Assembly: GCF_006345805.1 (NCBI RefSeq)
Contig: NC_043005.1
Coordinates: 96,720,001 to 96,784,000, forward strand
Source of the DNA: Octopus sinensis
Taxonomy: Eukaryota
DNA length: 64,000 bases
Reading direction: 5' to 3'
Numbering within the stretch: the stretch's first letter is position 1; every line of letters begins with the position of its first letter. Position numbers and translations under genes: made by a program. Under the pieces are notes generated by a model. It saw only the letters and a program-made list of their open reading frames with translations. It was not told where the DNA came from and ran no database searches. Positions 39,844-52,899 of the stretch are shown in pieces.

Positions 39844-39928
39844 CGGTTTTTTTGACTTTTTATTAAAATTTTATGTATTGATTAAGTTTTTCCTTGTTTG
39901 TTTTTCAAAATAGTGGTTTTGTCTCTAA

Positions 39929-39978
<50 letters not shown>

Positions 39979-39984
39979 TTTTAT

Positions 39985-40315
39985 ATTTTTATCTTTTACA
40001 TGTTTCAGTCTCTGGGCTGCGGCCATGCTGGGGACTGCCTTGAAGGATATTAGTCGAACGAATCGTATTTTACTGAAATGCTATAACTTACTCTATTGTT
40101 CTCTTATGCCGATCAGCTAGATTACGTGGACAAACATAGACACACACACACACATGCACACACACACACAAACACACATCCATCTACTAAGTTCATTCTT
40201 TAGGGTTTCATCGACCCGAAGCTATAGCAGAAGACACTTACCAAAGGTGCAACGTAGTAGGTCTGAAACCGGAGACATGTGGTTAGGAAGCAAACTTCTC
40301 ACTTCTTACCGTACA
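39985..40315 (-). mobile_element. SINE family A, degenerate
   Basis: Tail GCTGCGGCCATGCTGGG and head region GAAGACACTTACCAAAGGTGC. Confidence 0.7.
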
Positions 40316-40325
40316 GATTCACCTG

Positions 40326-40375
<50 letters not shown>

Positions 40376-41619
40376 CGTATGCATACACACACATACATAT
40401 GAAGGTTTGAATCGAAAGAGGTTGCTTTCTCAGTCTGTAAGTAACTCTCCATCCATTAGAAGTTTTGCCCTGAAGAGATTTTTACCTTTTAAAAGCATAA
40501 TGCAATCTTAATTGCAAAAATATGAATGACGGTAAGAAATTGAAACGTATGTAGGTGATATGAAATTGACATTTAAAACAATAAATTGATTTTTCTGTGT
40601 TCAGACTCTCCATTTTCCGTATATTATATTATGTGTGTGAGTGTTTGTATGTGTGTATTAGAACTAGCTATATTAATTTTTATGTTATATGATAAAAATC
40701 CTATTGAAGTTTTGAATATAAACCTATACATGTAGGAATCTGCGTCATGTTTCAATGTATTACATGTCATGTACAACATAAAAAAATTAAAATCATATAT
40801 ATCTATATGTATATATGTGTGTATGTGTATATATTATGTATGTATATATAGATATATATATTTGTATATATATACATACACACACATATATATAAATGCA
40901 TATACACACATATATCTATATATGTGCGTGTGTATGGAGGTATGTATATATTACATAAGATCATATATCGTACATGGTATATAATACATTGAAATTTTAC
41001 ACACTTTCACGTACATGTATATTTTTGTATTAACAAGTCAATAAATTATATATCATGTCTAAAGTAAAAATTTAATTAATGTAAGTTCTTAAATATGTGT
41101 GTTTGTATGAGCTTGTATCCCTAAGGCATCGTGGCAAGCAAGTTCTTGTTTCAGTACTGGACAAACTCCACACATTATCAATAAATAAATACGCTACGTG
41201 TCTGTATGGAATCTACATTTTTTGTGAATAACACTTCAGCGTTCCAAGTTTTTACAATTTTTTCATTATTTAAGATTTACTTTCTAAATCATTTTATACG
41301 AGCTGGAGTCGTCCTGTTTATTTTTTGCATGTGTCTCATAATGTCTAATTAAATAGTTTGAAACTTTCTAAATCATCCAACAGCGTCTCCACTTATATAT
41401 TTGTCAATTGTGTTTGAAAGTTCATTCTCCTTTCTTAATGCTTGGCTAAATCTTAACTTACGTATAATGAAATACAATGGCGTTTCGCATTGGTCAAGCT
41501 AAAAAAACAAACGGCGTGGGCGTGAGTGACAGTCAGAAATGGTCGAGGCAGGTGAACTGTAGGGGGAGGTTTGACTCAGAAATCGCGCGTGTATGTGTAT
41601 GTTTGTGTGCGCTGTGTGT

Positions 41620-41800
41620 GCATGTTCTTCGCCCTCTCTTCGGTAACCGCCTTATTTCCAGGTTTGTTGACGTTCCTTTGCTCCTTCGGTCCCCTGATTT
41701 GTCTGTGTGATTATTTCTTGTCGGGGAACCTCAAAGCACGTGTGTATGCGCATAAGCCCCGTACATTGGATGGTTTGAAGGAAGCTATTCGCGTGAGTGT
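41620..41800 (+). pseudogene. Tc1/mariner transposase C-terminal fragment
   Basis: RSPDLSV/CDYFLSGNLKARVYAHKPRTLDGLKEAIR across a frameshift, recalling RSPDL.PCDFFLWG.LK..VY..KP.T...LK. Confidence 0.7.
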
Positions 41801-42321
41801 GAAGCGAAATTTTTAACCTTTCGGCCATACTGCATCCTAAAAATAAACAACAACAACAACAACAGGGGCAACAGATTAACCCGACAATGTAATGAGGTTT
41901 TCATATTCTGAGCGCAGAAAGAATTTAAGCCGAAATTTATCCGGACACATACTGAACGACTATCGATAATTAACTGACGGATAAGAAACTGATAATAACT
42001 AAGAGTTTTGTCGCACTCATTTAACCAAATCAGATTAATTAATATTGGTAATTGAGCTAATGTTTCCTTCTCGACGCATAAGCATTATTAATTAATTTTT
42101 TTCTTTTTTTTCTTTTGCTTTTATCTCTCTCTCTCTCTCTCGTTACTAGTTTATGTACAAGAAGATGAGGAATGAGATTAACGCGCTTTTGCTCCACGCC
42201 ACGCTTGACAAATAATATGTTAATTAGTGTTAAGTAGATACACTTTCCAAGTGCTGAATTTCTCGGCTCGGGGGCAGATCATTATCATCATCGTCGTCCT
42301 CCTCCTCATCATTATTATTAT

Positions 42322-42881
42322 TCAGTGAGAGGGAAGCACATGACATTAAAGTGGCACCGGGGTACAAGTATACGGAAACCCAGTATACCCATCATGACTA
42401 CCCGTATGATGAGGGTACACCAGGCACATGCATCACAACCATATGTGCGCGACATGGTGAATTCATACCAAAAACAAAAGCGCATAGCCCTGCAGGTGGG
42501 GCCCAATAATAATTTTCTTCAAGTCGAGTAGCCCATCCCGCTCAAACGGTCCCTGAATGAGGGTTGTTTAAGGATAGTGAACAAAACGCTCATGTTTCCA
42601 GAGGTGAATTATTCAACCCCCCACCAAAGAATCCCTCTCGACACATGGTTATGATGCTCCCCCACTACAGCTGCGAGTGATTAGAGATGCAGAAATCGTC
42701 AGCCGCCAAGGGACATGCTCAACTGGTTAAGGTCAAACAACTGACAAGCAAATCTGTGGTATTGAGCAGAATATTTGCTATAGCCCATCTTTTATATCAA
42801 GACAAAACAATGTACACGATAACACTTCCAATCAGTCAAGATCAAAAGCCATGAAAGCCAGTGCCTGGTATTGCATCAGGC
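42322..42881 (-). mobile_element. 560-bp AAT-associated repeat, full-length
   Basis: Colinear with the copies at 44632 and 60445. Confidence 0.85.
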
Positions 42882-42899
42882 ATTATTATTGTTGTTGTT

Positions 42900-44485
42900 G
42901 CCTTTGCGCAGCTTTAAACGCTTGAGATGTACTACAGTGTCAGTTGTTCACTACCAGCGAACTAAGGTAACACCTCTTATTTTTCGAGCACCTTCCGGAG
43001 TATTCAAGCGGTTCCAAGCAGTGCTGTTTTCTGCAACTGCTCCACCTTTATTGCAGCCCCTATTTGTTTAACGTACTTCCCGAGATTGTTGCTCGCTGTT
43101 CCCAGGGCTCCGACAATTATTGGTACAACTGCTACCTTTTTCACCGCCCACAACTGCTTAACTTTCAAACTAACCTGTCATATCTCTCAACTTTTCTTTC
43201 TTCCTTATCGCATACCTTGTTGTCAGCTGGGCATGCTATATCTATCATCCAGTATAGTTTGTTTTCTTTCTCAATTAAGACTATGTCCGGCTTCCTATTC
43301 TCAATCTCATGGTCGCACTGAATCATAAAATCCCATAGGATCTTTGCATTTCTATTTTCGACAATGCCTTCAGGTTTGTGTTCGTACCAATTTTTTGCTC
43401 TGTCAAGTCCATACTTGTTGCAAAGTTTCCAAAGGACAAGCTTGGCTATATTGTCGTGGCGTCTCTTATATTCCTTCTGGGCTAGTGGCGTACATTGGCT
43501 GGCAATATGCCATACGGTTTCACCGTTTAGTCCACAGATTCTGCACTTATCACTTTCTGCTGTATTGTCTATTCTGTATTTTATGTAGTTCTTAATGGGC
43601 AGCACAGATTAGAGCCTCCGTTTCCGGTTTTAAGTCACTTTTAGTCATCCACAGCCATCTTTTTTCTCTATCTGTCTTATCTTCAACATTCCTATGAAAT
43701 TGACCATGCATTTTTTTCTTTATCCACCTATTTTCAGTTTCCTTCGTTTCAATTTCTTGTACAGTGCTTTATCTTTGCAATCTTTCATCCTACACAAGCC
43801 TGACCTTCTGACTTCTAATAATAGCGGTTCTGTGGCACTTTTTACATACCATGCTATGTTGGTTTCCTCTGCTCTAATGCTGTGTTTGCATCCAATAAGT
43901 CCTCTTTCCCCTCTTTTTCTTGGTACATACATGGGTGGAGTGACCCATATCTAGTTAGCAACTTCCTTGTCTTTCTGTCTAGGCTGTTTAGTTCGTCTAC
44001 TGTCCATGCGATTACCCTTGCTCCATATCTAAGGAGTGAAACCGCCCAGGTGTTGGTAGCTTCAATCTTATTCCGTCCGTTTAATTTCGACTTAAGGATC
44101 AGCCTCAGTCTGCGCAAGTACTCCTCCTTAAATTTTTCTGTCATTTCATTCTCAATTTTTCCGTTTCCAAAATCCTCAAGTACTTAAAGCCCGTCTTTTC
44201 TACCTGCTTCACAACATCCCTCGACGGTATCGTTAGTCCACCCATACATTTAATTTTGCCTCTCTTCAATACTAACACACCATACTTTCTCAGTCCGAAC
44301 TCTATTCTGATATTAGCACTGAAGGTATACACCGTATCAACGAGGGAACTAACTTGGGCTTCATCTTTACCATAAAGTTTGAGTTCATCCGTGAATAACA
44401 AATGGTTGACTTTTTGTTGGCGGCTTTTGAATACATACCCAGTTTTTGCTTTCCTCAGAAACAGTGTCAGTGGTACCAAGCACAT
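42900..44485 (-). mobile_element. R4/Dong lineage C, 5'-truncated
   Basis: HLLFTDELKLY, EYLRRLRLILKSKLNGRNK, CRICGLNGETVWHIASQC, RRHD, RKPDIVL..IDIACP. Confidence 0.9.
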
Positions 44486-44495
44486 ATTATTATTA

Positions 44496-44550
<55 letters not shown>

Positions 44551-44566
44551 GATTATTATTATTATG

Positions 44567-44631
<65 letters not shown>

Positions 44632-44632
<1 letters not shown>

Positions 44633-45187
44633 GAGTGAGAGAGCCGTTCATGCCATCAAAGTGACACTGGGGTAAAATATACGAAGCCCAATATACCCAT
44701 CATGACTACCCGTCTGATAAGGTTACACTAGGCACATGCATCACAACCATATGTGCGCGGCATGGTGATCTCATATCAACATAAACAACGCATGACCTTG
44801 CAGGTGGGGCCCAGTTAGAATTTTCTTCGGGTCGAGTAGCCCATCCCGCTCAAAAGATTCCTGAATAAGGATTGTTTAAGGATGTTGAACGAAACACCCA
44901 ATATTTCCAGAGGTGGATTATCCAAACCTCAAAGAATTCCTCTCAATACATGGCTATGATGCTCCCCCATTACTTCTGCTCGTAATCCGAGATGCACATA
45001 TCGTCAGCCACTATGAGACATGCTCAACTGGTTAAGTTCAAACAACTGACAAGCAAATCTGTGGTATTGAGCAGAATATTTGCTGTAGCCCATCTTTTAT
45101 ACCAAGACAAAACAATGTACATGATAACACTTCCAATCAGTTAAGATCACAAGCCATGAGAGCCACTGTCTGGTACTGCATCAGGGC
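44632..45187 (-). mobile_element. 560-bp AAT-associated repeat, full-length
   Basis: Colinear with the other copies; AAT-rich tracts on both sides. Confidence 0.85.
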
Positions 45188-45233
45188 CATCATCATCATC
45201 ATCATCATGGCATCGTCATCGTCGTCGTCGTCG

Positions 45234-45279
<46 letters not shown>

Positions 45280-45281
<2 letters not shown>

Positions 45282-47110
45282 GTTTGACTTTTGCTTTATA
45301 TTTGTACAAGTTGTTTCCAAGTCTCACCAAGAGACCTCAAGAGACAACAGGGTTGGAAGTTCATGTTGTTGTTATGCCTAGTGTGCCATATATTTGGGGT
45401 GTGTGGGTGTTGTACTAATGAATGTCTAAAAAATTTTTTTTTTTTTTTTTTAATTTTAAACCGAAAATTATGTTTGTTTTAAACCTTGAGATTACATAGA
45501 AAGTATTTTGCGTAGGATATGAGCAGTTTCCATGAGCACTATCTTTTGAATTTCTGCCATTTTTGGGTTTCCTGGTATCTGAGTTAGGTAGCTATCTGCC
45601 CCTTTTGCTATCATTCCCAGGGCACCTATGACGACAGGTATTGTTTTAGTCTTCAGCTTCCACATTTTGCTGATTTCTATTTCAAGATCTTTATATTTGC
45701 TCAGTTTTTGGTAGGTCTTGACAGATACGTTTATATCGATTGGGACAGTCATATCAATGAGGAGGCATGTTCTTTGTTTGAAGTCTTTCAATATGATGTC
45801 TGGCCTATTTGCATCTATCTTTCTGTCAGTTTGAATGGCGAAGTTCCAGAGGAGTGAGATGTGGTCATTTTCAAGCACTGGGGGTGGTTTGTGTTCCCAC
45901 CAGTTTTTTTCATGGGGCAAATCCAGGTTTTTACAGATTACCCAGTGAATATATTGTGCAGCTCTATCGTGCCTGTTGAGATACTCTGTAGGCGCTAGAA
46001 GACTGCACTTGGAGACCACATGGTCAATGGTTTCATTTTGTTGCTTGCATACACGACACGTTGGACTGCTTCTGATCTTTAATATGTTGGCCTGGTAGTT
46101 TCTTGCTGGTAGGCATTGATCTTGAGCTGCTATGATAAACCCCTCTGTTTCAGATTTTAAGCCAGAGGCTATTAGCCATTGATGGGTCAGGGCTTTGTCA
46201 ACATCTGCATTATTTGCTCTCTTTGGGTATTTGCCATAGAGAGGTTTTTCTTGCCATTTATCATTCAGAATATCTAAGGCTGCAGATTTAGCACGGGTTT
46301 TCATGCGCCTAGCTTTTTCTGTGCTTGTTTCTTGTATGTCTATCTCTAATTCCGAAATTTGTTGTATTCGGAATTCACTTAGGTATTCCTTTGCCTGTTT
46401 TGTGACTGAGTATGATGCTTTCTTGTTTTCATGTTTTGAGACAAGTTTTAACATCCAGTCCTCAGAGTTTTTCAGGTAGGTGTCTAGGCCAATTGTAGCA
46501 ATCTTCATTGTTATTGCCAGTTGTAAAAGTCCACGGCCTCCCTCTTTTCTTGGCAGATAAAGTCGTTCTGTATCTGCCTTAGGGTGGTGCATTCTATGCA
46601 TTGTCAACAGTTTTCGTATTTTTCTGTCAAGGTTACATATTTCAGTAATTGACCAGTTAACGATACTGAAACTGTAAGTCACGAATGGTATGGCTAATGC
46701 ATTGATTGCTTCGATCCTGTTTCTCGCATTCAGCTCTGTCTTGAGTATTGCTCTTACTCTGCGATAGCATTCTCTCCTGATCCTTTCCTTCATCTCTGAA
46801 TGCTTTATTCCTTCTCCTTCAATTACCCCTAGATACTTGTAGTTCTCTGCTGGGTCTAATTCTTTTATGACATTCTGCTGGTCAAGGTTAACGTTAGATG
46901 TTTCTGTCATTTTTCCTTTGATAAAGGTAGCTTTTGCGCATTTACCGAGGCCAAATTGCATTCTGATGTCATCACTGAATTGTTTGACAATCGCTAGTAA
47001 GCCCTTGAGTTGTTGGTCATTTTTTGCAAAGAGCTTTAAATCATCCATGTAAATGAGATGATTTATATTTTTATCAAACATTTTATATCCGTACTGCGCA
47101 TCATTGAGCA

Positions 47111-47111
<1 letters not shown>
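45280..47111 (-). mobile_element. R4/Dong lineage B, 5'-truncated
   Basis: Contains the 529-aa uninterrupted ORF; (AAT)n on both sides. Confidence 0.92.
45492..47081 (-). CDS. Truncated R4/Dong ORF: RT C-half, CCHC finger, restriction-like endonuclease
   Basis: YMDDLKLF, YKYLG, CRVCKQQNETIDHVVSKC, RHD, NRPDII..LLIDMTVP..KLSKYKDL. The Met is internal, not a natural start. Confidence 0.85.
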   Translation of the reverse strand: MFDKNINHLIYMDDLKLFAKNDQQLKGLLAIVKQFSDDIRMQFGLGKCAKATFIKGKMTETSNVNLDQQNVIKELDPAENYKYLGVIEGEGIKHSEMKERIRRECYRRVRAILKTELNARNRIEAINALAIPFVTYSFSIVNWSITEICNLDRKIRKLLTMHRMHHPKADTERLYLPRKEGGRGLLQLAITMKIATIGLDTYLKNSEDWMLKLVSKHENKKASYSVTKQAKEYLSEFRIQQISELEIDIQETSTEKARRMKTRAKSAALDILNDKWQEKPLYGKYPKRANNADVDKALTHQWLIASGLKSETEGFIIAAQDQCLPARNYQANILKIRSSPTCRVCKQQNETIDHVVSKCSLLAPTEYLNRHDRAAQYIHWVICKNLDLPHEKNWWEHKPPPVLENDHISLLWNFAIQTDRKIDANRPDIILKDFKQRTCLLIDMTVPIDINVSVKTYQKLSKYKDLEIEISKMWKLKTKTIPVVIGALGMIAKGADSYLTQIPGNPKMAEIQKIVLMETAHILRKILSM

Positions 47112-47193
<82 letters not shown>

Positions 47194-47196
47194 CAT

Positions 47197-49490
47197 TCAG
47201 TAGTTTTATTTTTATAATGTGCTTTTACTTCACTACCGAGCGCAGCTCTGCGTGCCTTGGGTATGTGCTGTTATTTGTTGTGATGCTCTAATGGTTACTG
47301 TATTGAAAGTGTTCTGCGTAGGATGTGTGCAGTTCCTAGTAGTGCAATTTTCTGTATGTTACATGTGTTTGTAAGTCCTGGTATTTTTTTTATCATGCCT
47401 AATGCACCTACTATGATAGGAATTGTTTCTGTTTTTAGATTCCACATTCTAGTTTCCTCTATTTCCAGGTCTTTGTATTTTGAAAGTTTCTCCATTTCTT
47501 TTAGAGGCACGTTGTCATCTGCTGGTATTCTCGTTTTCTGTGACCTTTTCTGGTGTGTGCCTATACCATCTTTTTTCTGTTGTTATTCCATAATGTTGGC
47601 ATAGCTTCCAATGTATGTAGGTTCCAACTCTGTCATGTCTGTGAATATATTCCTTCTTAGCCAGGACTGGGCAACCAGAAATAATATGATTTATTGTTTC
47701 TTGTCCATCTCCACATATTCTGCAGTTACTTGTAATATTTCTTTTCATTACATGTTTTTGGTAATTTCTGGTGGGGAGGATTTGGTCTTGTGCTGCAATT
47801 AAAAATCCCTCTGTTTCTGCTTTGATTCCTGAGCTTCTGGGAGTTTTCTTTGTCTATTTCTTTTGCATTTAGTTTAGTCCAGTACTTGCCATGAAGGGGC
47901 TTTTCTTGCCATCTCTTTATCATGGTTCGTTGCTGTTCTAGTTTTAGTTTTGATTTCATTTGCTTTATAGCTTTTGTTGTGTCTTCTTCTTTTTCTTCTT
48001 CTTCTTCTTCTTCTTCTTCTTCTTCTTCTTCTTCTTCTTCTTCTTCTTCTTCTTCTTCTTCTTTTCTTCTTCCTCCTCTTCTTCTTCTTCTTCTTCTTCT
48101 TCTTTTCTTCTTCTTCTTCTTCTTCTTCTTCTTCTTCTTCTTCTTCTTCTTCATATTTGTTAGGTGGTATGATTTCTTGTTTGTATTTGTCAGCTTCCTT
48201 AAATACTAAGAACAATTTTTGTGTTTTGCTCGTGTTTTACCGCTATTTGTATCAGTTTTCCTTACTTCTGAAGTAGGTGTTTTTGCAGTCTTATGGTGGT
48301 TATTTTATAGTAGTTTTCCAGCTTTATAAGGCCTCTACCACCTTGTATATATAGCCTTTCTATGTCAGATTTTGTGTGATGCATCCTAGATCCTGTCAGT
48401 ATTTTTCTTGTTTTCCTATCTATTTTGGTTAGTTCATTGACCGCCCAGTTAAGGATATTGTAGCTGTAACTTATAACTGGGACGGCTAAAGTGTTGATAC
48501 CTATTATCTTGTTTTTAGCATTGAGCTCTGTTTTCAGTATTGATCTAACTCGTCTGTAATATTCTTCTTTTATTTTCTCTTTCATTTGTTTGTGTTGTGT
48601 CTTATCTAGTTCATGGATTCCTTAGTATTTGTAAGTTTGGCTTTGATCTAATTCTTTTATTTCATTGGCTTCATCTAGTGTGATGTTGCTACTCTTAACT
48701 AGTTTTCCTCTTTTCAGAGTTACTTTGGCGCATTTTTCTAATCCAAATTTCATATCTATTTCTTTGGTGAATCCATGAACTGTCTTTAATAGTGTTTCCA
48801 GCTGTTTGTCATTTGTAGCGTATTGTTTTAGGTCATCCATATATATAAAAGGTGGCTGATCGTTTTGTCGTAACATTTATATCCGCATCCAGTTCTATTT
48901 AGCATATCAGATAGAGGTGATGTGCCAAGCAGAAAAGGAGTGGAGAGAGCGTGTCGCCCTGGAATATTCCTCTTCTAATGGGGATGACTTTGGTTTTCAC
49001 GAGTCCCCCTTTTGCTTGGAACTGTAGCACTGTCTGCCATTTATTCATAGAGTGTCCTATGTATTTTACAACTGTTGGTGCTACTTTGTTAATGGCTAGT
49101 GTTTCGAGGATCCATGTGTGGGGGATGCTATCAAACGCCTTTCTGTAATCGATCCAGGCTATACTGAGGCCTTTCTTCTTTCTGTGGCTGTCTTCAGTTA
49201 TGGTTTATTGATCATTAGTTGATCTTTACAGCCATATGAGCCTTTGCGGCATCCTTTCTGCTCTTCTGGAAACAGGTTGTTTTCGTCCAGGTGCTTGTTC
49301 AATCTTTGCGATATTACTGCAGTGAATGATTTATGCATTGTAGGGAGACAAGTTATGGGTCTGTAGTTTTCTGGTTTTGCTGTCTCATTGGATTTGGGAA
49401 TTAAGATGGTTTTCCCCTTCGTGAGCCATTCAGGCATTGTCTTTGGCTCTGCCGGTATGTTGTTACAGTTTTCAGCCAGCTTTTTGTGCA
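47197..49490 (-). mobile_element. R4/Dong lineage A, 5'-truncated and frameshifted
   Basis: Close match to 28990-31036; retains CRICGDGQETINHIISGC. Confidence 0.92.
47983..48152 (-). repeat. Expanded (GAA)n inside the Dong coding region
   Basis: ~170 bp, versus ~5 GAA units at the homologous site near 30315-30330. Confidence 0.9.
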
Positions 49491-49510
49491 TTATTATTAT
49501 ATTATTATTA

Positions 49511-49551
<41 letters not shown>

Positions 49552-49731
49552 TGGATATGGTACAGAGAAACATACACATGTTGACATACCTCACAGCAAA
49601 TACATATGCACAATGTTGTTAGCCATTTGCATTTATTAGCACATCTGTATTTATTTCCGTTCTTATTTGAGCAATGATGTATATGCCCGTGCGATTGCAT
49701 GTAAGGAGGCATGTACGTGAGTAGATATATG

Positions 49732-49762
<31 letters not shown>

Positions 49763-49829
49763 ATATATACGTGTGTGTATGTGTGTGTACATATATGTGT
49801 GTATGTATATATATCTATCTATCTATCTA

Positions 49830-49903
<74 letters not shown>

Positions 49904-51849
49904 CATATTTACATACACACACGCTCACACACATGTAAATGCAAACGTCAACATAAACTTGTTCTATATTAATTTTAATTTTTACATGATATATAATATA
50001 CTGAAATTTCGCAAATATGTTATGTTATTGTTGTTAGGTAATGAATATTGTTGTTGCTGTTGTTGTCTTTATTGCTATTAACGAGGTTATTAAAGATGTT
50101 ATTGCGGCCGTGGTTATTGTTTTTGTTGTTGTTGCTGTAGTTGTTGTTCATGGTATGGCTCTTTTAGTATGCAAATGTGTTTTTCTCAAGTAACTTCCTT
50201 ATTAGAAATACAAATCCTACGCCGAGTATCATATAAACGAGTGTCTTGCGATATTTAGTTACGTCTCTTTATGATCTGAGTTCAATTACCACCGAGGTCA
50301 AGTATGTCTTTCATCCCTCTGGGACACATAAAACGAAATACCAGTCAAGTTCTGGTGCCGATGTCATCGGCCAAACTCCTCTTTTCCTGGACAAGGGAGC
50401 TCAAAATAGACTCTATTACCATGCTTGCTTCTAGTGCCCCCCCCCCCTCAGCCCTGCGTCACAAGACTGACTGAGTTCCACTTCGCTCTCTCAAAGAAGT
50501 AAACTGAAAAACAGTCATGAGCATTTCGGAAGTCACCTGGCCTGTAAATACCTACAGGCCCCACCTGACCATGTGTTATTGTGGGTCACCTCTGCGGGCA
50601 CACAATCTGTCGGGATTATGCCATAAAATTTCCAACAAGCCAGTGATCAACTTAAGTACAAATATCTCCAACCGTAACTCTCATATTGCTGCTCCCATGT
50701 AGTACAGCATCAACTTCTGAACAGTATGGAGCAATGTGAGCCACCGACTAAACCCATTTTCCTACCTAATCTTCAATTTTAAAAATCAGGACTATGCCTT
50801 ACTATACCCTGCTCAGTTGGATGACATTGTCTGTTACACGTTGGCCAGGTTCTTTTCCACTCCATTTTTCCAGAGTATAGAAACTCCCTTTCTAATTCTC
50901 TACACAAGGGATCTATTACATTTTCCCTTTCTTTAAGTCCCCGAAAAAGGAAACTCTAAACTTCTCGATATGCCTTCTCCAAACGTTCTCCCTATTCTAG
51001 ACTTGGCTCATACAGAGAAGCTCTTTATATGACAAACAGCATTTGCAAAAGGTGAAAGATTGATGTATTTGGCATTCTGACTCCTGTTTGTGTCTTTTAT
51101 CCTGATTTTATTGATTTTCCTTTTAAATTAATATTTTCAAGTATATTGTTTTTGTGTGTTTCCTGTAAGTGTTTGCTCTTGAAATTTTATGTTAAATATT
51201 ATTGTCTGCCGTTTTATAATTTATTTCAATGTTTGAAGGGCGGGTGTTTGTTTACGTTATAGAGGTTACTGCTACTAATGCTGTGGCAAAGATCTCTTTA
51301 TGTCACTTTGGAGGGCATTCTGACCCACAAATAACAATAGAAACGGTAACTGTAAAAAATATATACACGTTTAATGGCAACGGGCGTTCAAATTATTGCA
51401 AATGTTTACGTCGGTAAAACGAAACCCTAACATATTTTTTGTTAAGTAAGCCCTGATGGTATCGCTTAAAATGGAGCCCAGTAAATGCGCGATTCCCCGA
51501 CAAACAAGAATGACAACAGTAACGACAACAACGGCAATAACAACAACAACAACAAAGCTGATATAGCTAAAAGAAGGCTTTTCAGTTTCCCCTACATATG
51601 AATTATAGAAGTTTTATCTATGAGCAATATGGCACCAATAATAATCGGATAAAATTAATGAATAACTCAGTTAATACCAAACAATTGTACTGATATAGAC
51701 AAAAGAAGAAATTACAAAAAGTTATCTCTTCACTATGAGAAGGGGAGTGTTCCAAGGAGGCAACCTCTCTCCACCCCCTTTGTATCTGGCGCCAATGCTT
51801 TTACGCATTATGCTACACCAGCCTCATCTCCGATGCTAATGCTGAGAAA

Positions 51850-52720
51850 GAACAATTGACTATATTTTGCATGCGAGCGGCCTCAGGTTTTATACTGCAG
51901 ATAATTGTACACTTCCACAGACAATGTACAGATTTATAAGAATAATTGTTATGAGATTCAAATTAGAAAAGTTCGCCAAGACAAACTCGCAGAAGGGGTA
52001 ATTAATGAAGAACAATAATATCGTAATAGATAAAGAAACAAAGAGAAGAGAACTCGGTCAGATAGTCTGAGAAAACAATGAACCAGACAGTGAAGAATAG
52101 ATATAGATGGAGTAATATGCATTAAGAAGAAATGCTTCCTAGTACACGAGGAAGTAATACACATATGATCAATATTTTAAAAAGAAGCAAAAGAAAAAAG
52201 AAATTAATGTAACAAACATGAATACTCAAGTTGTCCCAGAAATACTTCATCGTAATCATATTTTCAACTAGGTACTAAATGGATTAGCAAGTCTAGATAC
52301 AAAAAAAAGAAAAAAAGGAAAAATAATGGATGCTTTTAGAACATACCATTTAAAATCTACCTTGGAAAAATTTCATTTACTATGAATACAGGAAGGTAGG
52401 AGGTTTCTACAATTAAAAACACTATTATAAAATATAGACTGTAGGAACTTATGAATATCAATTAAAGAACATCTGAGAAGTAATACAACTAGCTAAAAAA
52501 TAAACGAACATTTTTTTTTAAAGCCTCATGTTTTTTTTATTACTAAAAGCCAACAAATTCAGAAAGCTGTGTTAAAATGACGGTACGAAAAACTCCCATT
52601 TGATCAATACCTGAAATAACTAAAGAAAGAACAGGTAAAGAAAATTCACAAAATTGATTAAGAAATGCAGGAGACAGCTGAAACCAAAGGGTTCTGTATT
52701 GTGTAGAATCAAAGCCCTCA
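51850..52720 (+). pseudogene. Highly degraded R4/Dong RT remnant
   Basis: MRFKLEKFAK...NNIVIDK..., with many stops. Confidence 0.45.
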
Positions 52721-52899
52721 CACCAGAAATACTAAACGCATGTAATGAAAGAATATATTTAGTTATTTCGGAATAGGAGGTGGTTGGGTGATAACATCAT
52801 AAGACTTGGCAGGCAGTTCCTTGAGCAACACTGTCTGATAAACTAGAATGCATGCCCAAAGTAGTCGCACGACTCTACCATCAGATATAACGGTGAGCC

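Larger units (their letters stand above)
39001..39938. repeat. ~940-bp zero-spacer palindrome, centre 39496|39497
   Basis: AAAAACGTCT|AGACGTTTTT centre; arms differ mostly by small indels. Confidence 0.9.

Noticed and set aside
41860-42260. TAAT/ATTA-rich unique stretch as a homeodomain enhancer
   Set aside because: Such motifs are expected by chance in AT-rich DNA; no conservation data available.
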